Positions 19,384 through 31,673 are shown, counted from the first letter of the stretch. The stretch is 64,000 bases of DNA from Promethearchaeota archaeon (GCA_048940445.1 JBHLON010000004.1:11466-75465), one strand, 5' to 3'. Notes: generated by a model not told the origin, from the letters alone. Program-made: numbers and translations.

Positions 19384-20058
19384 TTATATAAAGGTTATAT
19401 CTTGATAATCTGTATCCGTTAATTCCTTTTTAGCTACTCCTAATTCTCGAACTTGCTGATTGAGTTTCATAACTGCGTCTCGAACTATCTCTTTCTTTTT
19501 TGCTCCCGTGCAGACAATTCTTCCGGTAGAAAAAATTAAAAATACTGTTTTTGGATCCTGCATTCGATAAATTAAACCTGGGAAAACTTCTGGTTCATAC
19601 ATAGCATATTCCATAACAATAGCTGCCATGTTTAAATCTATATTTGTATGTAAATCACCACTAGCAACAATATTTTGAATTGTTATTTCAGGATTGGCTA
19701 ATTTAATTCCTGCTTTTCGAATATTTTTTACTACTTTATCTACAACACGCTCTGCCTCTGAAGCCTTACGCAGTCCAGTTACAACCATTTTTCCTGTTGA
19801 AAATATTAGAATCGTTGCTCGTGGTTTTTCTATTCTCATCACTAATCCTGGAAATCGTTCCGGATTATATTCTACCTCAGCATGTTTCCGAGCAATTTGG
19901 TTAAGATCTATTTTTTCTGTTATCTCTACTGTAACTGTAGCAACAACATTTTCTATTTTATAATCTAGATCGCTTTCATAATCAAATTCTTCTTCGTCTT
20001 CATAATCTTCTTCTTCCTCATCTTCTAGATTGTCATAATCGTTTTCTTCTTCTGGCAT
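19384..20058 (-). CDS. tbp: TATA-box binding protein with N-terminal acidic extension
   Basis: Two TBP repeats (IENVVATV...FPGLVMRI...ILIFSTGKMVVTG and IQNIVASG...FPGLIYRM...FLIFSTGRIVCTG), preceded by about 33 aa that are almost entirely D/E/Y. Confidence 0.9.
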   Translation of the reverse strand: MPEEENDYDNLEDEEEEDYEDEEEFDYESDLDYKIENVVATVTVEITEKIDLNQIARKHAEVEYNPERFPGLVMRIEKPRATILIFSTGKMVVTGLRKASEAERVVDKVVKNIRKAGIKLANPEITIQNIVASGDLHTNIDLNMAAIVMEYAMYEPEVFPGLIYRMQDPKTVFLIFSTGRIVCTGAKKKEIVRDAVMKLNQQVRELGVAKKELTDTDYQDITFI

Positions 20059-20244
20059 ACTACATCATAAAGATAAATGTGATTTATTAAAAAGTGAACA
20101 AATTAAATTAGGTAAAAATCGAACTTTTTATATAATTTTATTTAAATAAATTATCATTTATAAAGGCATTTATAAATAACTCATTTAACCTAAAATATTT
20201 TATTATATAAAATAGATAAAATAAGATTCTTCTTCGGAAATTGC

Positions 20245-20775
20245 TTATCTGCCGAGACTTTTATTTAATATTCGCTTTGTGATTTCATTAAAAGCTTCTT
20301 CTACATTTGAGCCTGTTTTAGCTGATGTTGAAATAAAAATCATATTATTTTTTTTAGCAAATTCATTACCAACAGAATCTGTTACCTTAATTTTATCCTC
20401 TAAATCGTTCTTGTTTCCTATTAAAATAAGGGGTTCATTTCCTCTAGCTTGCTTGAAATCTTGTATCCAATCGCTAAGTTTTTCGAATGTTTTCTTCTTT
20501 GTACAATCATATATCACTAAGGCTCCGTTTGCTCCTTCTAAATACAGCTTTCGTAGACTTTTAAAGCTTTCTTGTCCTCCAAGATCCCAGATTTGAGCTG
20601 AGACCTCACCAAATTCTTCAAGTTTCATATCTTTTTTCAATAAGTTAACACCTAAAGTACTTTTATAGTTCTCTCTGAATTTATTTTCTATAAATCTGTA
20701 TACCAAAGACGTTTTTCCAACATTTGCTTCGCCAAGTAAAACTATTTTAATGATATAATGACCTTGTGAATTCAC
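20245..20775 (-). CDS. Ras/Rab-like small GTPase
   Basis: GEANVGKTS, WDLGGQESF, GNKNDL, SAKTG. No C-terminal Cys. Confidence 0.85.
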   Translation of the reverse strand: MNSQGHYIIKIVLLGEANVGKTSLVYRFIENKFRENYKSTLGVNLLKKDMKLEEFGEVSAQIWDLGGQESFKSLRKLYLEGANGALVIYDCTKKKTFEKLSDWIQDFKQARGNEPLILIGNKNDLEDKIKVTDSVGNEFAKKNNMIFISTSAKTGSNVEEAFNEITKRILNKSLGR

Positions 20776-20916
20776 CTCTATTTTACCTCCTAAAACTTAT
20801 TCTTAGTTCATTTTGATCTAACATTAATTCTAGATACTTTCATAGTAACGTTTATCCTTATTAATAATTTTCTTCTTAGTTAATTACTAAATTAATCTGA
20901 AGAAATTGTTTTAAAA

Positions 20917-21264
20917 TCAGATATTTTTTGTATCAACTTTATTGCAGATTGCATTAATTGAAGTAATATATTCGTTGTATAGGCCTTTTAACATATTACA
21001 AGATCTAGCTTTATGAAACGCAAACAGAAACAATTGATTCAAACTGTAATGGTGATTTGAATCATAAATATCTTTCTTTAAACCAAATAATTCACTATTT
21101 TGGTCTAAAAAATTACAGAGGATATACCTATTTTCATTTGTTAAGTTTAAATCATTTAAAAGACCAAAGATTTTTAGGATGAGAGGTCCTTGAAATTTAA
21201 TATTTTTCGTATTTAACATATGAAAAAGCTCAAAAAATTTGTTTTTCTTAAGTACGAACGACAT
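20917..21264 (-). CDS. Hypothetical protein
   Basis: 115-aa ORF in an otherwise empty interval; no motif recognised. Confidence 0.3.
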   Translation of the reverse strand: MSFVLKKNKFFELFHMLNTKNIKFQGPLILKIFGLLNDLNLTNENRYILCNFLDQNSELFGLKKDIYDSNHHYSLNQLFLFAFHKARSCNMLKGLYNEYITSINAICNKVDTKNI

Positions 21265-21320
21265 AAATAATTAAATTAAGAAAATGCTTATGTTCCATAA
21301 TAATATCCAGATATTATGAT

Positions 21321-21593
21321 TTAGTAAGAATATTCAAAACCTTTATATTTATTTTCAGGTTCTCCAAATTCAAATTCTACTTGTTTCACATAAGCGTATT
21401 TTGGCCCTACTTTTGAGAATTCTAATAAATCGTATAACTTTGCTTCAGGGCCCTCAGCTTCTATATAAACGCTTCCATCAGGCATGTTTTTAACAAAACC
21501 AGTTAACCCTAATTTTCTTGCTAACTTTCGTGTAGTATAACGAAAAAAAACTCCTTGAACTTGCCCGTAGACTTTTATATTAATTTTTTTCAT
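21321..21593 (-). CDS. acyP: Acylphosphatase
   Basis: VYGQVQGVFFRYTTRKLARKLGLTGFVKNMPDGSVYIEAEG; 90 aa. Confidence 0.85.
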   Translation of the reverse strand: MKKINIKVYGQVQGVFFRYTTRKLARKLGLTGFVKNMPDGSVYIEAEGPEAKLYDLLEFSKVGPKYAYVKQVEFEFGEPENKYKGFEYSY

Positions 21594-21617
21594 ATAAAAA
21601 TAAAATCTAAAAAATAT

Positions 21618-22751
21618 TTAATTTTTAACTAGACGTTTCATAATCATAATATAATCATCAAGATCTTCTTTAGTAATCTTTGGATGAATATCTAAAGCAA
21701 ATATTTCTTTAGTTATTCTTTCCACATTTGGTAAATTAATTTTAGTATAATCAATTACTTTTCCATAAAATGGACAAGACCAAGGACAACCTTTTGGGTA
21801 AGCAATTTTATTTTGAAAAAGTTTGGTTTCATAGAGCGGTTTTGGATAAAGGACTTTACTTTTTGGAAATTTTTCAATAAATTGTTTTTTGTTTAATCCG
21901 ATAATTTCAGGATTTATACGCCCAATCCAATAATTGAAAGCAGGTTTACAATAGTCGGGAACATAAGGAGGGCTTATTCCTTTTAAATCACGTATACCTT
22001 CCGATAGGTATTGGGCATTTATATTGCGTATATCAATGAATTTGTTTATTTTTTTTAACTGAACCTTACCAATAGCACCTTGAATTTCAGTCATCCTATA
22101 ATTATAACCAAGTCGGTTGTATACATACCATGATGGTTCACCATGATGCCTTAATAGTCGACATTGTTCTGCAATATTATCATCATTAGTTGTAATCATC
22201 CCCCCTTCGCCAGTAGTAATGTTTTTAGATGGATAAAAGCTAAAGCATCCAATATCACCAATTGAACCAACTTTTGCATTATAACATTTTGTACCAATAG
22301 ATTGAGCTGCATCCTCAATAATGAATAAATTATTTTGCTCTGCAATTTCCTTTAAAGCATGCATATCAGCACTTATTCCGGCTAAATGAACTGGAATTAT
22401 TGCTTTTGTATTAGGTGTAATCTTTTCTTTTACAGATTCGGGATCTAAGGTATAACTCTTATCATCTATATCTGCAAAAATGGGGATTGCATTGTTGTGT
22501 AAGATTGAGCTCGCCGTAGATATAAAAGTGAATGGAGGTACAATTATTTCATCTCCAGGTCCAATATTTAGAGCTGCTATTGCAATGTGCAAAGCTGCTG
22601 TACCAGAATTAACCCCAATTGCATGCTTAACACCAATATAATTTGCAAACTCCTTTTCAAAATTTTTAACGGCTTCACCGTGAAGTAAGGTCAGCATCTG
22701 GGACTTCATGACTTTAATTACTTCTTTTTGTTCTTCTTCCGTAAGATTCAT
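21618..22751 (-). CDS. DegT/DnrJ/EryC1/StrS-family PLP-dependent sugar aminotransferase
   Basis: GTAALHIA and FSFYPSKNITTGEGGMITT (PLP Lys region). Confidence 0.85.
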   Translation of the reverse strand: MNLTEEEQKEVIKVMKSQMLTLLHGEAVKNFEKEFANYIGVKHAIGVNSGTAALHIAIAALNIGPGDEIIVPPFTFISTASSILHNNAIPIFADIDDKSYTLDPESVKEKITPNTKAIIPVHLAGISADMHALKEIAEQNNLFIIEDAAQSIGTKCYNAKVGSIGDIGCFSFYPSKNITTGEGGMITTNDDNIAEQCRLLRHHGEPSWYVYNRLGYNYRMTEIQGAIGKVQLKKINKFIDIRNINAQYLSEGIRDLKGISPPYVPDYCKPAFNYWIGRINPEIIGLNKKQFIEKFPKSKVLYPKPLYETKLFQNKIAYPKGCPWSCPFYGKVIDYTKINLPNVERITKEIFALDIHPKITKEDLDDYIMIMKRLVKN

Positions 22752-22837
22752 AGCAATATAAAACTTAATTTAAATTGAAATTGTTGAAGATAAAAATAGT
22801 TTGTTTCTTAAGAATCTGATTATTCTATACGAATACT

Positions 22838-23458
22838 TTAAAATATTAAATAATAAGTTTCATTGGACGTATTATATCCAATTATATTATTTTTAATTAA
22901 AGTCTCAATTACAGTAGTTAACCATCTTTTACTGGTTTTTATAGAAGTTAATAGCTGTTTAAAGCTTAATTCATCATTAATAGTCAGTAAAAATTGAATC
23001 TTACTTTTTACTTGTAAATGATTTGAATTAGCAATTTTTTCAAATTTCTTTCTCAGATCATATTCTTTTGTTTTTAGATTTGCAACTTCATTACTAAGCT
23101 TTCCAATAACCTCATCTCGAGTCCTGAAAACATTTAATACTTTTTCTAAAAACATACGTTCTAGATGTTCTTTTAATTCTTCTTCTGTTATTTCTAATTC
23201 CAAAGTTTTCTTGAAATCATCTAAAATTACAATATAATCTTGACTCTCATCATACTTATCCAATACCAATACCAAGATGATATCTTTTTGTTCATTGTAA
23301 TAAGAAATAGAATTCCAATTTTTTTCTTCAATAGTTATATGAGATTCTACAAAATTGTGAGAGATCTGAATTTGTTGCACTACATTATCTGGGATTAACA
23401 TATCGTCTGGATATTTCATATAAATAACACCTCCAGCAATTTCATCCCATTTTATCAA
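22838..23458 (-). CDS. Hypothetical protein: N-terminal alpha/beta (roadblock-like?) module, coiled coil, C-terminal wHTH-like segment
   Basis: Heptad-like charged middle (EELKEHLERMFLEK...LKTKEYDLRKKFEK). C-terminus ELSFKQLLTSIKTSKRWLTTVIETLIKNNIIGYNTSNETYYLIF resembles a winged helix. Pattern-level inference only. Confidence 0.35.
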   Translation of the reverse strand: MIKWDEIAGGVIYMKYPDDMLIPDNVVQQIQISHNFVESHITIEEKNWNSISYYNEQKDIILVLVLDKYDESQDYIVILDDFKKTLELEITEEELKEHLERMFLEKVLNVFRTRDEVIGKLSNEVANLKTKEYDLRKKFEKIANSNHLQVKSKIQFLLTINDELSFKQLLTSIKTSKRWLTTVIETLIKNNIIGYNTSNETYYLIF

Positions 23459-23648
23459 AAATATCCCTAAAGGAATAGAACCTCACCAAACCAAACTTAA
23501 TTCTTACTTTAAAATTATAAAAATAGATCTTAATAAATTTAATTTGAAAATCTTAATTTATCCTACGGAGATGATATAAAATTTATTGAAAAATCTTGAC
23601 TTAAAAAATAAATAGCAAGAAAGTTACTTTATAAATAGTGAATTTGAA

Positions 23649-23924
23649 TTGGCTATTTTTTACGTTTACATATTAGAAACAATTTCTAAAAAGAATCGGA
23701 GAAGATTTTATACGGGATACACCAATAATTTAAAAAGAAGATTAAATGAGCATAATAAAGGCACAGGAGCTAAATTTTGTCGTGGAAAAAAGGTAATTAG
23801 ACTTAAATATTTTGAATCATTCACAGAAAGAAAGGAAGCTATGAGAAGGGAATTGGAAATTAAATCTCTTCCAAGAAAGGAAAAAATAGAACTGATAAAA
23901 AACTTCAATCATATTGAAAATTAA
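23649..23924 (+). CDS. GIY-YIG domain protein (UPF0213-like)
   Basis: FYVYILE...FYTGYTNNLKRRLNEHN...E..IK pattern; 91 aa; TTG start. Confidence 0.75.
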   Translation: MAIFYVYILETISKKNRRRFYTGYTNNLKRRLNEHNKGTGAKFCRGKKVIRLKYFESFTERKEAMRRELEIKSLPRKEKIELIKNFNHIEN

Positions 23925-24723
23925 TTTGATCAATCGAAATTTTTTAATAATATTAGTAGGTTTACCAGCATCTGGTAAAAGTACAATTGCTACAATATTA
24001 AAGCATATAATAGAAAAAAGGTATGAGAATGTTAATGTAGAAATAATAGACACAGATCAGATTAGATATTCGATAAATCCTAATAAATTTAACTATAAAA
24101 AAGAACAACTAGTTAGAAAAAAAAGTTTAAATAAGGTTAAAAATGAGTTAAAGAGAGGTTCAATTGTAATTAGTGATGATTTAAACTACTATACTAGTAT
24201 GCGTCATGATCTGAAACAAATTGCTGAAAACTATAAAAAAAAGTATTTTATTATTCATATCGCAACTCCCTTGGAAAAATGCATTGAATGGAATAAAAAT
24301 CGAGGATTTTTTATTCCACAAGAAGTCATTTTTAATATTAGTAAAAAATTTGATCACTTTGATAATTACAATTGGGATAGCCCCCTTATTTCAATAGATC
24401 CATCTAAATCAATGAATTTGAAAGGGGAGTTAGATAAATTAGTCATTCTTATAGAAGAGAAATTAGCAATCGAAACTACTAGAAAAGATCCGAAAAGAAA
24501 CCGAATCTTAAAACAAAGAAACCATGAGAAATTAGATAAAATTACACGAGATTTAGTTAGAAAAATTAGTCAAAATGATGAGTACCATCCTTTAATGAAA
24601 AAAGTCTCTAAATTAAGAAAAGAGTTTATCAGAAAAAATATTGATAATTTAATTGATAAGACTCAAATTAAAGAGGAATTTTTAAAATTCTTAAATAAAA
24701 GCCTAAATTTTGAATGTTCTTAA
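23914..24723 (+). CDS. KTI12/PSTK-family P-loop kinase (candidate O-phosphoseryl-tRNA(Sec) kinase)
   Basis: P-loop GLPASGKST, SDDLNYYTSMRHDL (family-typical DD-NYY-SMR), basic helical C-terminal domain. Overlaps the GIY-YIG ORF by 11 nt. Confidence 0.55.
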   Translation: MKINLINRNFLIILVGLPASGKSTIATILKHIIEKRYENVNVEIIDTDQIRYSINPNKFNYKKEQLVRKKSLNKVKNELKRGSIVISDDLNYYTSMRHDLKQIAENYKKKYFIIHIATPLEKCIEWNKNRGFFIPQEVIFNISKKFDHFDNYNWDSPLISIDPSKSMNLKGELDKLVILIEEKLAIETTRKDPKRNRILKQRNHEKLDKITRDLVRKISQNDEYHPLMKKVSKLRKEFIRKNIDNLIDKTQIKEEFLKFLNKSLNFECS

Positions 24724-24757
24724 TTATTATTATAAATAATAATAAAAAAGAAAATAA

Positions 24758-27079
<2,322 letters not shown>

Positions 27080-27200
27080 AACTTATTTATTTTTTTCTTA
27101 TGTCTTAATATTATTTAATTAAAATTTTAAATTAAATAAGATCAAATAAGAAAATTAAATTTGAAGTGGATTATCTATAACTAATTTTACGCGATAAAAA

Positions 27201-28334
27201 ATGAAATCTACCCATAACAAAGAACTTACTAATATATTAAGAAACTTAGTCCAAATTCCAACAGAAAATCCACCGGGGATCACAAAAGAGATTGTGGATT
27301 ATCTAATTTCTGAGGTATTTCGAGAAGAAGATGGCTTTAGGAATGAAATTATTACTCATAAAAAAAATAATTTTACTCTCCATAATTTAATAACTAAAGT
27401 CGGATTTGGAAACAAAAAAATCATATTATCAGGGCATTTTGATGTAGTTCCTGCAGGAGATTCATCTAATTGGAAGTATGATCCTTTTTCAGCAGAAATA
27501 AAAAACAATAAACTATATGGAAGAGGATCATCAGATATGAAAGGTGGATTAACAATGTTGATTGGGGTTATGAAAAACTTAAAAGAAAACATTACACTTT
27601 TACAGAAGTACAGTATTATTTTTGCAGGTACTGCAGACGAAGAGGACGGAATGACTGGAGCGGCAACATTATACAAACATAGATTGCTGGATAATGCTGA
27701 GCTATTAATTATCGCTGAACCAACCGATATGAACATCGGGATTGCAGAAAAAGGGTTATTATGGATTAGATTAAAAATATATGGAAAAGCAGCTCATGGA
27801 GCAATGCCTGAAAAGGGTATTAATTCTATTCTAGCAGTATCAAACCTTATTCCAAAACTATATACTTTACTAGATAAAGAAAGTAATGAAATCTTGGGCT
27901 CATCTACCTTAAATGTTGGGAAAATAATTGGAGGGACGCTTATTAATGTAGTACCAGAAAAAACAGAATTAGAACTTGATTTTAGATTAATTCCCGAACA
28001 AGATCCCGATAAACTGATTAAAAGGATAAAAAATCTTAATATTGAACTTTGTAATTTTAGTTTTGATATACTTAAAAAATTACCAGCTCTTCAATGTAAG
28101 ACAAATCATCCATTCATACAAACTCTTTGCAAAATAAGTGGTAGAAACCCAGTGGGTTTGCCTTATGCTACTGATGCTGCTCAGTTACTCACTCAGAATA
28201 ATAAAATTCCTTTTGTTATTTTTGGCCCTGGGAATCCACAGGTTGTGCATTCTATAGATGAATATATAGAACTAGATTCAGTATTTAAATCAACAGAATT
28301 ACTTACAGAATCAATTTTACAAACCTATTCTTAA
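27201..28334 (+). CDS. M20-family metallopeptidase/deacylase (ArgE/DapE-like)
   Basis: GHFDVVPAG, GRGSSDMKGG, AEPT. Confidence 0.75.
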   Translation: MKSTHNKELTNILRNLVQIPTENPPGITKEIVDYLISEVFREEDGFRNEIITHKKNNFTLHNLITKVGFGNKKIILSGHFDVVPAGDSSNWKYDPFSAEIKNNKLYGRGSSDMKGGLTMLIGVMKNLKENITLLQKYSIIFAGTADEEDGMTGAATLYKHRLLDNAELLIIAEPTDMNIGIAEKGLLWIRLKIYGKAAHGAMPEKGINSILAVSNLIPKLYTLLDKESNEILGSSTLNVGKIIGGTLINVVPEKTELELDFRLIPEQDPDKLIKRIKNLNIELCNFSFDILKKLPALQCKTNHPFIQTLCKISGRNPVGLPYATDAAQLLTQNNKIPFVIFGPGNPQVVHSIDEYIELDSVFKSTELLTESILQTYS

Positions 28335-28339
28335 ATTTT

Positions 28340-29491
28340 TCATAATGTATTTATAAAATTTTCAATCCTATTCATTGCTTCTTTAAGTTTATTTATCTCT
28401 GTTGCATATGATATTCTGATTCTATAATCAGAATATGATCCAAAAGTATTTCCTGGTACTACCGCAACTCCTTGTTTTTGCATCAGTTCTTGAGAAAAGT
28501 TAGATCCTGTCATACTGAAGTTTTCCACTGAAGGCATAAGATAAAAAGCTCCTTTTGGTTTTATTACATTAAATCCAAGCTCTCGTAGTCTACTAAATAC
28601 TAGTAATCGTCTTTGATCAAAACTTTTTAAAATGTCAACAAAAAAGTTATTATTCATTTTTAATGCTTCAATAAAACCATATTGGGCAGCATGATTTGCT
28701 CCAGCAGCAGTATATTGATGAACCTTTTCCATCATATCAATGATTTTTTTACTCGCCACAGCATAACCCAATCTAAAACCTGTAGCTGAAAATAATTTTG
28801 ACATAGCATTAGTTGTTATCGTTCGTTCAAACATTCCATCCAAAGAAGCAAAACTAATATGTTTCGCTCCATCATATAAATAATTTTCATATACTTCATC
28901 AGTAATTAAGTATAAATTATTTTCTTTTACAATAGTAGCAATTTGGCTAACTTCTCGAGGTGTTAACACATATCCAGTTGGATTATTTGGAGAATTAATC
29001 AAGATAGCTTTTGTATTCTTTGTAATTGATTTTGTTATTTTTTCTAAATTAGGGCTAAAATCATTATTCCTTTCAACTTCTATAGTCTTTATACCAGAAA
29101 AGACTCCCAAGTAGAAATAAGAGATAAAATTTGGGGATGAGATAATAAGTTCATCACCTGGATTAAAAATAGATGTAAATGCTAGATTCAGAGCTTGCGA
29201 TCCACCATTCGTAACAATAATGTTTTCATCCCAATTACATTTAATATTATTAAATTTTCTAACTTTATTTTGTATTAATTGTAACAATTCAGGTACACCC
29301 TTAGTTGGCGCATAATATGTAATTTTTTTTTTAAGAGCTTTAATAGTACCTTCAATTGCAGGATCTGGAGTGCTAAAGTCAGGTTGTCCTATACCTAAGC
29401 TAATAATATTGGGGTGTCCTGCAGCTAAATCCATTAATTCTCGTATTTGAGATTTAGGGGTTTTAGCAACATTATAGGATAATTCTTTCAT
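28340..29491 (-). CDS. Class I/II PLP aminotransferase (aspartate aminotransferase-like)
   Basis: NSPNNPTG and SKLFSATGFRLGY (PLP Lys). Confidence 0.85.
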   Translation of the reverse strand: MKELSYNVAKTPKSQIRELMDLAAGHPNIISLGIGQPDFSTPDPAIEGTIKALKKKITYYAPTKGVPELLQLIQNKVRKFNNIKCNWDENIIVTNGGSQALNLAFTSIFNPGDELIISSPNFISYFYLGVFSGIKTIEVERNNDFSPNLEKITKSITKNTKAILINSPNNPTGYVLTPREVSQIATIVKENNLYLITDEVYENYLYDGAKHISFASLDGMFERTITTNAMSKLFSATGFRLGYAVASKKIIDMMEKVHQYTAAGANHAAQYGFIEALKMNNNFFVDILKSFDQRRLLVFSRLRELGFNVIKPKGAFYLMPSVENFSMTGSNFSQELMQKQGVAVVPGNTFGSYSDYRIRISYATEINKLKEAMNRIENFINTL

Positions 29492-29579
29492 AATTTACTA
29501 ACTCTTCATTTATATTTAAAACATTTGATTTTAAAATCAATCAATTATAAATGAAAAAAATGTCAAAAATAAGAAAAAA

Positions 29580-30128
29580 CTAAACTTTCTCACCATAATT
29601 TCTTAAAATTTGAAAGACCAAGTTTTTAAATGCTTTCTCAACATTCTCCCCATATTTAGCACTTGTTTCAATAAAATCACTTGCTTGTATTTGTTCAGCT
29701 AATTCTTTTCCCTTTTCTTTAGTTACAGCTCTTTGTGCTTCTAAATCAATCTTATTGCCTATTAATACATATGCACCTTCTTTTTTAACATACTTCTTGA
29801 AATCTTTTAGCCATTTTGTTTCTACATTTTCAAAGGTTTGATATCGCGTGATATCATAGACAACTAAAGCCCCAACACATCCCTGAAAATACATTGAGCG
29901 AATTACATTATACTTTTCCTGGCCAGCTAGATCCCACATGATTAAGCGAATTTGAGCATTAATTTCACTCAAATCTACATCTTTACGGACAATATTTGCT
30001 CCTAAAGTTGGCTTATAATCTTCTTGAAAAGATCCTTCAACGAACTGGTTTATTAAAGATGTCTTACCTACTGCTGCATCTCCTAATATTGTGATCTTAA
30101 ATACGTATTCTCGTTCTTCGTTGGTCAT
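29580..30128 (-). CDS. Ras/Rab-like small GTPase
   Basis: GDAAVGKTS, WDLAGQEKY, GNKIDL, SAKYG. No C-terminal Cys. Confidence 0.85.
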   Translation of the reverse strand: MTNEEREYVFKITILGDAAVGKTSLINQFVEGSFQEDYKPTLGANIVRKDVDLSEINAQIRLIMWDLAGQEKYNVIRSMYFQGCVGALVVYDITRYQTFENVETKWLKDFKKYVKKEGAYVLIGNKIDLEAQRAVTKEKGKELAEQIQASDFIETSAKYGENVEKAFKNLVFQILRNYGEKV

Positions 30129-30206
30129 TGATGATTAAAAATATTGGATAGTAGGATGTAACAATATTTTGATTTTTGATCTATTTAATTGTTTTCCTTT
30201 TTTATC

Positions 30207-30788
30207 TTAAAGCTTTCTTTTTATCTTCAATTTTAAAATGAATGAATTATGTCGAGGGTCATTCACATTCTCTTCTTCTCCATAATAAACTACATCATGA
30301 TTCGATGATAATGTCTTTTCAACTGAATGTACAATGAAACCTTTAAATAAATCGCAACTCACTCCAATTTCAGAACAGAATATACATTTGTCTACCCGAA
30401 CAACGATTTGATCGTCAGAAATTTCAACTATTTCAACGTTCCAATCAGTTTGGATATATTCATTAATTTCTTTAATGATATCCTCAAAACTCTTCCCATA
30501 GGGAAAAAGATAAAAGCAAAATTTACGCCCAATTTCAAACAAAAGCTTTGTAGAATCAAATAATAAACAATTCTGAGCTGTAATTATTTTTTTGAAAGAA
30601 AAAAAGTCAATAGTTCCATCGGGGTCTACATCTCTCATATCTTTTAATTCTAACATTCCTGCCTCTCTCAAAATAGATTTCATACCATCATAATCGAGAT
30701 TATCAAGATATGATTGTAAAAGAGCTGTAACTACTCTATTTCTAACTTTGCCCCTATATTCCCCAATTAACTCGGAATTGTTTGACAT
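30207..30788 (-). CDS. V4R-domain protein (divergent C-terminus)
   Basis: Helical N-terminal half, then DKCIFCSEIGVSCDLFKGFIVHSVEK (Cys-Gly pattern of V4R). Lacks the last Cys pair seen in 18864..19343. Sits 78 nt upstream of the GTPase on the same strand. Confidence 0.6.
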   Translation of the reverse strand: MSNNSELIGEYRGKVRNRVVTALLQSYLDNLDYDGMKSILREAGMLELKDMRDVDPDGTIDFFSFKKIITAQNCLLFDSTKLLFEIGRKFCFYLFPYGKSFEDIIKEINEYIQTDWNVEIVEISDDQIVVRVDKCIFCSEIGVSCDLFKGFIVHSVEKTLSSNHDVVYYGEEENVNDPRHNSFILKLKIKRKL

Positions 30789-31081
30789 AAATCGGTGTAT
30801 ATTGACTTTGTTTAGATGAATTAATAGTAATCATCTGATTACTATACTACTTCACAGTTTAATTTCCAATCCTAAAATAAATACGCTTATAATTTTAGAA
30901 AATTCAATGCTTATAAGTTTTGTTTTTGTGAAATATTTCCTAACTTAAAAGATAATTCATTTGAATTCTTTTTAAAAATTGGACTAATAATGTTTTTAAT
31001 ATTGCCCTACCTCTCATAAATTAATATAATAAATAATTCTCGAAGAAAATTATAACAAGTCATGATTATAGGTGTAAAAAA

Positions 31082-31639
31082 TTGTCTCATGATAGGTACT
31101 ATACGAAGGAAAAGTATGAAAGTACTTATGGATCATTTTTCTGTGGTGCTGCGTTTTTAATTGTTGCTATTGTGTCTTTGGTTTTATTGACTCTTAAAAA
31201 TGATTTCATAGGATTATCTGGGTGGGGGTACTGGATGTTTATTCCTGCATTCTTTATCTTATTTTTTGGTGGATTTCAACAACTCTATACAAATATGAAA
31301 TTTAAGAGAGCTGTGAAAAATGCACTCTTAGATCGAGGCCAAGATACAGTTAAGCTTGAAGATCTTGCTCTTGAAGTAGGCATTAAACCCAATGATGTAT
31401 TAAGAGTTCTAGTAGATCTAAGATCAAGTGGACACATAAATTATAAGTTCAATTCACAGACTGGAGAAATCATTTTGGGAGAAAAAGTTCAATATGCTCC
31501 GGCTGAAAGTTATGTAGCCCCACCAAAAAATCTTCATGAGCCATTATCAACAGAAGACAGAAATTTTTGTGTCTATTGTGGACATAAACTTAGAGAAGGA
31601 GCTAACTTCTGCGAAAATTGTGGCTCTAGCATTAAATAA
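31082..31639 (+). CDS. Membrane protein with wHTH-like cytoplasmic segment and C-terminal zinc ribbon
   Basis: Two TM helices, then VKLEDLALEVGIKPNDVLRVLVDLRSSGHINY (wHTH-like) and CVYCG...CENCG. TTG start. Confidence 0.5.
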   Translation: MSHDRYYTKEKYESTYGSFFCGAAFLIVAIVSLVLLTLKNDFIGLSGWGYWMFIPAFFILFFGGFQQLYTNMKFKRAVKNALLDRGQDTVKLEDLALEVGIKPNDVLRVLVDLRSSGHINYKFNSQTGEIILGEKVQYAPAESYVAPPKNLHEPLSTEDRNFCVYCGHKLREGANFCENCGSSIK

Positions 31640-31658
31640 TCTAAGTAAATATTATTTC

Positions 31659-31673
31659 TTTTTTATTTTTTTT
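31659..31673 (+). terminator. Oligo-T tracts after 31082..31639
   Basis: T6 and T8 runs about 20 nt after the stop codon. Confidence 0.4.

Noticed and set aside
30825-30844. Perfect 8-bp hairpin/palindrome TAGTAATC-ATCT-GATTACTA upstream of the V4R-GTPase pair
   Set aside because: At this AT-rich composition my rough estimate is that a couple of dozen 8-bp inverted repeats with short loops are expected by chance in 64 kb. I found no second copy or conserved context, so I cannot support it as an operator.
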